Origin: Candidatus Cloacimonadota bacterium
Lineage (GTDB): Bacteria; Cloacimonadota; Cloacimonadia; Cloacimonadales; TCS61
DNA: 64,000 nt
Direction of reading: 5' to 3'
Assembly: GCA_030600585.1 (NCBI GenBank)
Contig: JAUVLU010000009.1
Location: 3,698 to 67,697 of the forward strand
Shown here: piece by piece, positions 45,924 to 54,185 of the stretch
Numbering within the stretch: the first letter of the stretch is position 1
Layout: each line of letters opens with the position of its first letter
Position numbers and translations under genes: made by a program
The notes under the pieces: model-generated
Told to the model about the DNA's origin: nothing
The model's database searches: none
What the model saw: only the letters and a program-made list of their open reading frames with translations

Positions 45924-46105
45924 GACCTTGCGGATGATGCACCGGCTTTGTGTAGCAAAACGATGCTGGAACTCTCTTGCTTGTCCGATGGACAACGTCC
46001 TCCGTAATGGTCGGTTTTGCAAGTTTTCTTTATTTTTCATTCAACCATTGCGGAGGTTTTCAACCATCCGCAAGGTTTCAGTGCGACTATCCGCAAGGTT
46101 TCATA
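45924..46105. repeat. Left REP arm
   Basis: Sequence order: gaccttgcggatg; then ggctttgtgtagcaaaacgatgctggaactctcttgcttgtccgatgg; then cctccgtaatggtcgg...aaccattgcggaggtt (14-bp stem with one G-T); then aaccatccgcaaggtt and ccgcaaggtt. Confidence 0.85.
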
Positions 46106-46107
46106 CA

Positions 46108-46674
46108 TCATAATTCATGAATATAGGATTTAATATCCTTTAAATTTTGTTTTTGTTGGGAATAATCTTTCATCAAAATTTTATAATCATTGTAAGAATC
46201 AAAATATTCAAAGAAAAAATCCTTATCAAATAAATTGTTATCTTTTTTTCCAATCCATTCCAGGTAATTGGAATATCTCCATTCTTCCGGATCATTTACG
46301 AGACCTGCAGCAACAGGATTATTATGGATATAAAGTATTAATCTGATTAAATAATTTTCCTTATCAACAAACAAAGGTTTTGCTCTGCCTTCGAATAAAG
46401 TTCCACTTCTATTGTATTGTTTGTTAAATGACTGAACATATCCGTTAAAAACATAATTAATCCAATTTGAAATGGGAAGATCAGACTTTTGTTGAATTAA
46501 AAAATGATAATGATTTGGCATTAGACAAAACGCAATAATATTAAAATTTTCCCACGGTTTTGATTTGTTAATTCTTCTCAATAAATTTTCGTAATCCTCA
46601 TTACAATAGAAAATTAGTTCTTTATTGCAACCACAATTATATACATGGTAAAATCCACCTTCTTCATAAATCAT
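46108..46674 (-). CDS. REP-associated tyrosine transposase (RAYT; IS200/IS605-like HUH Y1 enzyme)
   Basis: 188 aa. HUH motif MPNHYHFLI, catalytic Tyr context LILYIHNNPVAAGLV, N-terminus FYHVYNCGCNKELIF. Confidence 0.8.
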   Translation of the reverse strand: MIYEEGGFYHVYNCGCNKELIFYCNEDYENLLRRINKSKPWENFNIIAFCLMPNHYHFLIQQKSDLPISNWINYVFNGYVQSFNKQYNRSGTLFEGRAKPLFVDKENYLIRLILYIHNNPVAAGLVNDPEEWRYSNYLEWIGKKDNNLFDKDFFFEYFDSYNDYKILMKDYSQQKQNLKDIKSYIHEL

Positions 46675-46682
46675 AATTACTC

Positions 46683-46866
46683 CAAGACCTTACGGATGGT
46701 CATTGCTTGTGCTTTCTATTTTTTTCTTCGACCTCCGTAATGGTCGGTTTTGCAAGTTTTCTTTATTTTCTTTCAACCATTGCGGAGGTTTTCAACCATC
46801 AGACAAGCAAGAGAATTCCAGCATCGTTTTGCTACACAAAGCCGACGCACCATCCGCAAGGTTTCC
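46683..46866. repeat. Right REP arm
   Basis: Sequence order: caagaccttacggatggtc; then the same ~70-nt hairpin unit; then ccatcagacaagcaagagaattccagcatcgttttgctacacaaagccgacgcaccatccgcaaggtt. Confidence 0.85.
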
Positions 46867-46938
46867 AATATCTTCTTGCTTTGCTTTTCAACCGTTAAAT
46901 CTCTTTGTCACCGTTATTCTTTTAAGTTTTGGTTAATT

Positions 46939-48135
46939 CTATTTCATCAATTTTTCTAATCGTTCTAAATTCTGCTTAGCAATTTCAAACTCCGGATTAT
47001 TCTTAATACAGTTTTTAAGCAGCTTTTCAGCTTTTTCATAATTCTTTTCATCTATCAATATTGAAGCGAGATTATTCAGTGTTTTCGGCTCATTTGGAGC
47101 TTCTTCCAATATTTCATTATATAGTTTTTTTGCAGTTTCAAGTTCTTTGTTTGAATGCTGTATAAATGCGTAATTATATTTCGCTTCCACAAAAGCAGGA
47201 TCTAATATCATCGCCTGCAAGAAGTGATGTTCAGCTTTCTTTTGATTTTTAATAAATGTGTAATACAATCCCCAATAATATTCAAAATCAGATGAACTAA
47301 TATAAATATTAGAATATTTTGTAAGCAGCTCATTTGCTTTTGTAGTCTCATTTTTAGAAAGCAGGATTGCAACTTGTTGTATTGCTTCACTTTCGCTATT
47401 ATATAATTCCGGTTTTCCAATAATTATTGATTTAACTTTCCAGCTATTATTGATCAATTGCAGATCAATTGTTAGATCATATTTGCAGTTTATATCAAAA
47501 TAAACAAGTGCCTGATCCCTTTCTTTTGTTAATGCAGATGAGATCAGATCAAAACTATTTATCTTTTTAATAACTTTATTTGCTGCAATTCTTGTTATGA
47601 AATTATCCTTTAGATCATGTGATTTCCAATACTCATTATTACTCATAAATGAAGTTACTTTTCCCCACTCATTTGTGTAGAGGTGCTGCATGAATTCCAA
47701 TGCTATATCTTCGTATGTTTCTGGGGTAGAATATACTTTAAGATCATCAAGCGAAAGTCTTTCTTTTAAATAATATAACGGCACGATAGGATTTATTTTA
47801 TATTGATTTAAAAATTCTTCTATTTTCTTCTTTCCTTCACTGGATTCTGTCATTGTAATCGGTATCTGATCATTGAATATTTTCTGTGGTTTATTTATCC
47901 AAAAAGCCATTTGTTTTTTAAGCAGATCAATATATTCCATTTGCGAATCTGATTTTGCTTTCAACTGCATGATTTCCGAACTTTGTAAATGATATTCGCA
48001 TTCATGTGGGCATTTTTCATCGACCCTTAAGATATTACAATCTTCCCAGCAGATATTATAACCTTTTCTCATGCAGAATCTTGTTCCAATTTTTGTTTTA
48101 CAAATTTTACATTTTTTCTTTTTGAAGATTTTCAA
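46939..48135 (-). CDS. Cys-rich N-terminal domain + TPR-repeat protein
   Basis: 398 aa. The N-terminus is CKICKTKIGTRFCMRKGYNICWEDCNILRVDEKCPHECEYH. TPR repeats occupy the last ~130 aa. Confidence 0.55.
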   Translation of the reverse strand: MKIFKKKKCKICKTKIGTRFCMRKGYNICWEDCNILRVDEKCPHECEYHLQSSEIMQLKAKSDSQMEYIDLLKKQMAFWINKPQKIFNDQIPITMTESSEGKKKIEEFLNQYKINPIVPLYYLKERLSLDDLKVYSTPETYEDIALEFMQHLYTNEWGKVTSFMSNNEYWKSHDLKDNFITRIAANKVIKKINSFDLISSALTKERDQALVYFDINCKYDLTIDLQLINNSWKVKSIIIGKPELYNSESEAIQQVAILLSKNETTKANELLTKYSNIYISSSDFEYYWGLYYTFIKNQKKAEHHFLQAMILDPAFVEAKYNYAFIQHSNKELETAKKLYNEILEEAPNEPKTLNNLASILIDEKNYEKAEKLLKNCIKNNPEFEIAKQNLERLEKLMK

Positions 48136-48146
48136 ATTAGTTCTCC

Positions 48147-48914
48147 TTAGATCATTTCCGGTGTTGGCGGCATTTTCCGTTTGAACTCGGAATTTTTTAT
48201 CATTTTTTCAATTTTATCTATTTTTTCTTTAGTAAAGGTGGAAATCAATTCGTTTTCTCCCATTTTCTTATCGAGCATTTGATAAAGGATTTCATCAAGT
48301 TCTGCATAGGTTATTCCCATTTCTTCTTCGTCGGTCTGTCCTTCCCAAAGATCTGCTGTAGGCTTTTTTGTGATCACGCTTTGCGGCAAGCCCAATATCT
48401 CAGCTATTTTGTATATCTCTGTTTTAAAAAGATGACCAATAGGTTCGAATGCACAGGCGCTATCTCCATACTGAGTGCAATATCCAATCATCAATTCCGA
48501 TCTGTTCCCAGTTCCTGCCACCAATGCTTTATATTTTGCAGAAAGATCGTAAAGCACACACATCCTCTCTCGTGCCATCCGATTCCCTCTGCGTAAAATA
48601 TCTGCATCAAAAGCATATTTCTTAAAATATATATCAGCCATCGGAGAGATGTCGATAACTTCATATTTAATACATAATAATTCTGCAACTTCAATTGCGT
48701 GATCTAAGCTGTCTGGATGGCTCTTGCGATATGGAAGCATAATGCCAAATACATTTTCCCTGCCTACAGCCTTCACACATAAAGCCGCTGTAACAGATGA
48801 ATCAATACCACCGGATAATCCAACTATCAGCTTTTTAAATCCGGATGAGGACAGTTGTTTTTTTATAAATTCAACAATTAACTTAGTTTGTTCATTAAGA
48901 TCGATTTCACGCAT
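48147..48914 (-). CDS. nadE: NH3-dependent NAD+ synthetase
   Basis: 255 aa. PP-loop VGLSGGIDSSV, plus GTGNRSELMIGYCTQYGD and KPTADL. Confidence 0.85.
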   Translation of the reverse strand: MREIDLNEQTKLIVEFIKKQLSSSGFKKLIVGLSGGIDSSVTAALCVKAVGRENVFGIMLPYRKSHPDSLDHAIEVAELLCIKYEVIDISPMADIYFKKYAFDADILRRGNRMARERMCVLYDLSAKYKALVAGTGNRSELMIGYCTQYGDSACAFEPIGHLFKTEIYKIAEILGLPQSVITKKPTADLWEGQTDEEEMGITYAELDEILYQMLDKKMGENELISTFTKEKIDKIEKMIKNSEFKRKMPPTPEMI

Positions 48915-49274
48915 CTTTATACTCCTGAATTACTTATTAACCAAGTGTTTTGTAAAATTGAATAACACTTGGATTTGTCGTTTAAAGCGACGATGTTTTA
49001 CTTCGTAAAGCCATCTTATTATTGTTTCACAAAGCCAACAATAACTGTCTTTCTGAGGCTTGTCAGCCTAAGGCTGATAAAAACCTACATAGGCATTCGA
49101 CGACGTGTCCCGTCGTAGCCTTGGCGAAGATGGAAGAATCCACCACAGCGGACAAGTCTTATTGTAAGCGGAGATCTTTCATATGAAAAGCATGAAGAAT
49201 TCCTCAGTATGACAAAACACTCTATTATACAAAACTCACATTTCTTAATTCTGTTATCAATAAATTCTATTAAT

Positions 49275-49426
49275 CAAGACCTTACGGATGGTTGAATTTG
49301 TAAGACCTCCATAATGGTCATTGTTTTCAGATTAAACCATTTGTTAGTTGAAAGAATTCCAGTATCGTTTTCAACAAGTTGAAAGCCGATACATTATTGC
49401 GAAGGATTTCACCCATTCGCAAGGTT
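49275..49426. repeat. Orphan, degenerate copy of the RAYT right arm
   Basis: Colinear with 46683-46866. It shares caagaccttacggatggt, gacctccAtaatggtc, aaccatt, agaattccagTatcgtttt, aaagccga and ccattcgcaaggtt. Confidence 0.75.
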
Positions 49427-49617
49427 ACTAACATAGATTAATATCAACTTACAAATAAGTTTTTATACATATCGAGGTCAAGCAAATAATTCTATAAAAT
49501 TATCGTGCTTTTGCTAAGAATTTACCTTTATAGAAACTGCTTGACATTAGATTATTTCTTTAAAATTTCGAATCAGTATTAATGTAATTTAAATATAAAA
49601 TAAAAGGAGTTTTAATT

Positions 49618-51765
49618 ATGAACACAAGCGAGATGAAATCTAAGCATAAGTTATTGAAAGATTATTCTTATGAATTAGGAGAGATCGAAAAAGGTTATAC
49701 GAACAGAACATTATATGTGAATTTGAGCAATAATGAAATCAAGGAAAAACCTGTTACGCAGTTTATGAAGGATAAATTCATCGGTGGAAAAGGATTTGGT
49801 TTGAAACTGCTTTGGGACGCTACCAAACCTCAAACGAAATGGGATGATCCTGAAAATGAAATCATCATTTCTCCCGGACCGATCGGTGGAATTACCCAAT
49901 ATGCCGGTGCCGGAAAATCGCTTGTTGTTTCACTTTCTCCTCTCACAGATATTGTTATCGATAGTAATGTGGGTGGTTATTTCGGTCCTTTCCTCAAGTT
50001 TGCCGGATTTGATGCTCTGGAAATTCAAGGAAAAGCAGAGAAGGATGTTATCGTTATCATAGACGGAAAAGAAGGAGTTGTCAGAATTGAAGAAGCTCCT
50101 GAAGAAGCTGTCGATAGTCATATTCTTGCTGAACAACTCACAGATATGTACGCTAAATCCGAAAATAAGAAAAATTTTGTTTCTGTAGTATCTGCCGGTC
50201 TGGCTGCCGAAAACAGTAATATTGGTGTTCTTAACTTTAGCTTTTATGATAAGAAGAGAAAGAAAGTTCGTTTGAAACAAGCGGGTCGCGGTGGAATTGG
50301 AAGTGTTCTTAGAAATAAAAAAATTAAAGCTATTGTTGCTATTGCCGATGGTATCAAGCCAAATAATGTTGTGGATTTAGATGCAATCAAGGAATGTGGC
50401 GCCAGATTCAATAAAGAAATGCGTGAACTCGATGATGATCAATGCAGAATGAAAAAAGAAGGAACTGCTCATTTGGTTGAAATTATGGATGATTACGATC
50501 TTCTTCCTACAAAAAATTTCAAATACGGTTCTCACAAAGATATTATGAATATTCATTCAAGTGTTTGGCGTTCAAAATTTACACAGAACGTTTTTGACGG
50601 CTGTTGGATCGGCTGCACAATGTCCTGCGCAAAGGCGGTCGATGGATTTGAATTGAAAACCGGACCCTATAAAGGCGATAAAGTTATTGTTGACGGACCT
50701 GAATATGAAACAGTTGGCGGTCTCGGTTCAAATTGCGGAATATTCGATGCGGATCATATTATAGAAGCCAATTTCTATTGCGATACTTATGGAATCGACA
50801 CGATTTCTTTCGGAACACTTACAGCTTTTTTGATGGAATGTTATGAAGCCGGAATCATTAACAAAGAAATTACAGGTGGTCTCGAATTGACTTTCGGCAA
50901 TAAAGATGCAGCAATAGAGCTTATGCATCAAATGGCTCGTGGTGAAGACTTTGGTGTTATTGCAGGATTGGGCATTAGAAAAATGAAAAAGTATTTTGCC
51001 GAAAAATATGGTGCTGATATTAATTTTATGAATGACATTGGAATGGAAAATAAAGGTTTGGAATATTCACAATATGTTTCCAAGGAATCCCTTGCCCAGC
51101 AAGGTGGTTATGCTATGACCAATAAAGGTCCTCAACACGATGAAGCATGGCTGATATTTATGGATATGGTAAATAAGCAAATTCCAACATTTGAAGATAA
51201 AGCAGAAGCACTTCATTATTTCCCGATGTTCAGAACATGGTTTGGTTTGATGGGTTTGTGTAAACTTCCATGGAACGATGTGGAACCTGTGAATAATGCT
51301 GAAACCGACGAACCGGCAAAAGTTCCGGAACACGTGGCAAATTACATCACGATCTTTAATGCTGTTACCGGTTTAAATATCGATAAGAAAGAGATGATAA
51401 GACAATCCGAGCGAGTATATAACTTCCAGAGAACTTTCAATATTCGTCGTGGTTATGGACTCAGGAAACACGATGCTCAACCATACCGCGCAGCAGGACC
51501 CGTTACAATAGAAGAATATGAATCACGTTCCGAAAGATATGACAAACAACTGCTTGAAAACATCGATGTGAATCCTGAAGGAAAATCGACCGAAGAAAAG
51601 GTTGCAATTTTGAGGAAATATAAAGAAGATATGTATGAACAGCTTCTCGATGCAGTTTATCAGCGACGAGGCTGGACGCAGAACGGTGTTCCAAAAATTT
51701 CACATTTGAAAGATATTGGAATGGATTTACCTGAAGTTCTGGAAATTGTTGAACCTCTGCAATAA
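49618..51765 (+). CDS. Aldehyde:ferredoxin oxidoreductase family (tungstopterin enzyme)
   Basis: 715 aa. AOR N-terminal domain GYTNRTLYVNLSNNEIKEKPV...FIGGKGFGLKLLWD, plus DGPEYETVGGLGSNCG and other AOR hallmarks. AAGGAG upstream. Confidence 0.85.
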   Translation: MNTSEMKSKHKLLKDYSYELGEIEKGYTNRTLYVNLSNNEIKEKPVTQFMKDKFIGGKGFGLKLLWDATKPQTKWDDPENEIIISPGPIGGITQYAGAGKSLVVSLSPLTDIVIDSNVGGYFGPFLKFAGFDALEIQGKAEKDVIVIIDGKEGVVRIEEAPEEAVDSHILAEQLTDMYAKSENKKNFVSVVSAGLAAENSNIGVLNFSFYDKKRKKVRLKQAGRGGIGSVLRNKKIKAIVAIADGIKPNNVVDLDAIKECGARFNKEMRELDDDQCRMKKEGTAHLVEIMDDYDLLPTKNFKYGSHKDIMNIHSSVWRSKFTQNVFDGCWIGCTMSCAKAVDGFELKTGPYKGDKVIVDGPEYETVGGLGSNCGIFDADHIIEANFYCDTYGIDTISFGTLTAFLMECYEAGIINKEITGGLELTFGNKDAAIELMHQMARGEDFGVIAGLGIRKMKKYFAEKYGADINFMNDIGMENKGLEYSQYVSKESLAQQGGYAMTNKGPQHDEAWLIFMDMVNKQIPTFEDKAEALHYFPMFRTWFGLMGLCKLPWNDVEPVNNAETDEPAKVPEHVANYITIFNAVTGLNIDKKEMIRQSERVYNFQRTFNIRRGYGLRKHDAQPYRAAGPVTIEEYESRSERYDKQLLENIDVNPEGKSTEEKVAILRKYKEDMYEQLLDAVYQRRGWTQNGVPKISHLKDIGMDLPEVLEIVEPLQ

Positions 51766-51857
51766 TAAAATATGAATGGCAATGCACACTTTGTCTCTCT
51801 GAGGAATTCTTCAAGGGCTTTTTAACGAAGAGTCTTATACCGGAGTGAAACAGTAAA

Positions 51858-52484
51858 ATGAATAAAATAGAATTTTTCTCCAAACATGATCCGAAGATCG
51901 TTCCTGTTCTGCAAAGGGCAACAATTGGAATTGCGGGAGCTGGTGGACTTGGCTCCAATATTGCTGTTTCATTGGCAAGAACAGGAATTGGAAAACTGAT
52001 TATCGCAGATTTCGATAAGATAGAATCTTCCAACCTGAACAGACAGCAATATTTTATTGATCAGATCGGAATGCCCAAAGTGATCGCACTGCTGGAAAAC
52101 CTGAATAAGATAAGTCCATTTACCAAATATCAAATGCACGAGATCAAACTGAATGAAGAGAAAATTCCTTTCATTTACAAAGATGTAGATATAATGGTAG
52201 AAGCATTTGATAAAGCGGAAATGAAAACAATGCTGATAGAGACCTGGCTTACAAATTTTCCTGATAAACCCATCATTGCAGCTTCCGGATTGGCAGGTTG
52301 GGGAAAAAATGATCTTCTTCATTCACGGAAGATAGATAATCTATATATTTGCGGAGATGAGGAAACAGATCTGCAAACCGGTATCTCCCCTATGGCTCCT
52401 CGCGTAGGAATTGTAGCAAACATGCAGGCAAACTTAGTTCTGGAAATTTTATTGAAAGGATTCAACGCAGATGGACGCGGATGA
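51858..52484 (+). CDS. ThiF/MoeB-type E1-like adenylyltransferase (short form)
   Basis: 208 aa. Nucleotide loop IGIAGAGGLGSNIAVSLARTGIG, plus DFDKIESSNLNRQ. Confidence 0.75.
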   Translation: MNKIEFFSKHDPKIVPVLQRATIGIAGAGGLGSNIAVSLARTGIGKLIIADFDKIESSNLNRQQYFIDQIGMPKVIALLENLNKISPFTKYQMHEIKLNEEKIPFIYKDVDIMVEAFDKAEMKTMLIETWLTNFPDKPIIAASGLAGWGKNDLLHSRKIDNLYICGDEETDLQTGISPMAPRVGIVANMQANLVLEILLKGFNADGRG

Positions 52485-52504
52485 TGATTTTTTATGTAAC
52501 ACAG

Positions 52505-52726
52505 CGCAAACCGACATATTTTTTGCTGTTTTCTGTTCCCCTTCGTAAGGGGAATACAAGGGGTTTACATCTCAAAGACAGACCCGGTGAAATATTCAGC
52601 AAGCTGAAATTCACAGGTTAAAAGCTTTGAGTTACCGTAACACAAACATTGAATGTTGGCTTTGCGTAGCAAAACGACATATTATTTCTTGTTTGTGAAT
52701 TTCTCAAAGACGGAGCTTTGAGTTAC
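52505..52726. repeat. Repeat insertions between the ThiF-like and ThiS-like genes
   Basis: The hairpin ctcaaagacggagctttgagttac (52703-52726) has a copy at 52571-52636 split by a ~41-nt insert, and a third copy at 16181-16202. ggctttgcgtagcaaaacga (52658-52677) matches the RAYT arm at 45944-45963 in 19 of 20 positions. Confidence 0.75.
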
Positions 52727-52740
52727 AAAAAAAGAAAATT

Positions 52741-52944
52741 ATGAAAAAAATAACAGTTAATGACAACATCCTTAAATGGGAAGAAAATATGAATATTAAT
52801 GTAATTCTGCAAAGAATGAATTACACATTCAGGATGCTGGTTGTGAAGGTGGATGGTAAACTTGTTAAAAAAAATGATTATAATTCTACTATCGTATATC
52901 CCGATTCAGATGTTAAAGTTATTCATTTAATTAGTGGTGGATAA
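52741..52944 (+). CDS. ThiS/MoaD-type ubiquitin-like sulfur carrier
   Basis: 67 aa, ending ...VKVIHLISGG (C-terminal Gly-Gly). Confidence 0.7.
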   Translation: MKKITVNDNILKWEENMNINVILQRMNYTFRMLVVKVDGKLVKKNDYNSTIVYPDSDVKVIHLISGG

Positions 52945-53000
52945 TATTTTTTGTTTACAGAGAATTATGTTTGATATTTTTTTGACATAGAGGTTTTTTT

Positions 53001-53486
53001 ATGAAGATATTTGTTTTATTCATAAGTTTCTTTGTTATTTTTTCTTGTACGAAACACAAACTTGTAGAAGATTTTGAAAAACAAGAAATTCCTGAATCTG
53101 CAGCCGGTTTGGAAGAGTTCCAAATAGGCGATGATGAAGATGATAATCTTATAAAGAAAAAGAATGCTAATGCAAAACTGGTATATGCAGATAACCTTAT
53201 AAAACTCGGCGATTACCAGTTAGCTATTAAAATCTATGAAGAAATATATAATGATGATAAATACAAAGACGATCAGAGAGATGACGCAATCTTTAAATTA
53301 GGATTAACATTTGAAAGTTTCTTATATGAAAATGCCGATTTAAATAAAGCAATTTATTATTATGAGTTATTAATAGCAGAATTCCCATTATCTGAACACA
53401 GGTTAGAATCTTTTCAGCGTATTGAATTATTAAGACTGCGGATTAAAGAAAAAGAAATTTATGAAAAAAACAATCCAACAGAATAA
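53001..53486 (+). CDS. TPR-like lipoprotein
   Basis: 161 aa. Lipobox FFVIFSC-TK. Helical-repeat body: LGDYQLAIKIYEEIY, AIYYYELLIAEFP. Confidence 0.55.
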   Translation: MKIFVLFISFFVIFSCTKHKLVEDFEKQEIPESAAGLEEFQIGDDEDDNLIKKKNANAKLVYADNLIKLGDYQLAIKIYEEIYNDDKYKDDQRDDAIFKLGLTFESFLYENADLNKAIYYYELLIAEFPLSEHRLESFQRIELLRLRIKEKEIYEKNNPTE

Positions 53487-53496
53487 AGGGGAATTA

Positions 53497-53814
53497 ATGT
53501 TCAAAACAAATGAGTATTTTGAAGGAAAAGTAAAATCTATAGCTTTTAAAGATACAAAAAGTGATGCAACAATTGGTGTCATGGCAAAAGGTGAATATGA
53601 ATTTGGAACTTCTAAAATGGAAGTTATGACCGTTATCAGTGGACAATTAATCGTAAAATTACCCGATTGTGATTGTTGGAAGGAATATGGAAAATATGAC
53701 TCTTTCACAATAAAAGCTAACAAGAAATTTCATGTAAAAACAGAAGGAAATACCACATATATTTGCCGTTATTATAATGAATCTGATTGCGAATGCGGTT
53801 GTAATTGCAATTAA
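53497..53814 (+). CDS. ppnP: Pyrimidine/purine nucleoside phosphorylase PpnP (YaiE/UPF0345) with a Cys-rich tail
   Basis: 105 aa from ATG 53497 (AAGGGGA SD). MFKTNEYFEGKVKSIAFKD...GVMAKGEYEFGTSKMEVMTVISGQL...YICRY is colinear with E. coli YaiE. It has an extra tail, YNESDCECGCNCN. Confidence 0.8.
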   Translation: MFKTNEYFEGKVKSIAFKDTKSDATIGVMAKGEYEFGTSKMEVMTVISGQLIVKLPDCDCWKEYGKYDSFTIKANKKFHVKTEGNTTYICRYYNESDCECGCNCN

Positions 53815-53836
53815 ATAAATTCATGAGAAAAAGCTT

Positions 53837-53897
53837 AATTCTCGTTCCCAAAGCCCACCCTCTAATTCTCGTTCCCAAAGCCCTCTTTGGGAACGAG
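53837..53897. repeat. Hairpin repeat with a duplicated left arm
   Basis: aattctcgttcccaaagccc occurs at 53837-53856 and 53864-53883. The second continues into the hairpin ctcgttcccaaag-ccct-ctttgggaacgag, which is the reverse complement of the element at 16312-16340. Confidence 0.8.
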
Positions 53898-54052
53898 AAA
53901 TATTCCAAAGTTTTTCTTCGCACATCTCTTATCATTTTGATAAAGTCTATCTCCGGTTCTTATCAAATATATCATTTATTACTCTATTATGTTTCTTTCA
54001 AATATTCGCTAACACTTTACATTACTGATTGTTAAGTCATACTTGCCATAAT

Positions 54053-54068
54053 TGGCACACCACTTGCA
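54053..54068 (+). promoter_or_regulatory. Sigma-54 (-24/-12) promoter
   Basis: TGGCAC-ACCAC-TTGCA is an exact match to TGGCAC-N5-TTGCW, with GG at 54054-55 and GC at 54066-67. It lies 118 nt upstream of the ATG at 54186. I found this pattern in no other intergenic region. Confidence 0.75.
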
Positions 54069-54097
54069 TCTATCAAAAGAAAAAAACGGAGGGAAAA

Positions 54098-54172
54098 ATG
54101 AAAAACCTAATAATTAAATGGAAAGAAAAGAAAATAGAAATAATAGAAAGATCTAAAAGTAAAAAAAATTAA
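54098..54172 (+). CDS. Candidate 24-aa Lys-rich leader peptide
   Basis: MKNLIIKWKEKKIEIIERSKSKKN, with GGAGGG 4 nt upstream. It lies between the sigma-54 promoter and the downstream gene. It is too short for compositional support. Confidence 0.25.
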   Translation: MKNLIIKWKEKKIEIIERSKSKKN

Positions 54173-54185
54173 AATGGAGGTAGTT

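Larger units (their letters stand above)
45924..46866 (-). mobile_element. REPtron: RAYT gene with flanking inverted REP arms
   Basis: The terminal ~65-nt segments 45925-45990 and 46796-46864 are reverse complements of each other (about 90% by eye). A ~70-nt hairpin-forming unit is directly repeated on both sides, at 45999-46068 and 46732-46800. Confidence 0.75.

Noticed and set aside
45928-46959. Short ORFs in the REP arms (45928..46113, 46703..46936, 46707..46898, 46750..46959)
   Set aside because: They lie entirely in sequences repeated in both orientations. They share peptide words only because of the DNA repeats (e.g. RNGRFCKFSLF twice), and they have no SD.
48915-49617. Moco/Tuco riboswitch or other leader upstream of the AOR gene
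   Set aside because: I could not recognise the conserved Moco-motif core. Most of the region is accounted for by REP-arm and hairpin repeats, and the structured parts lie more than 190 nt from the start codon. A covariance-model scan would be decisive.
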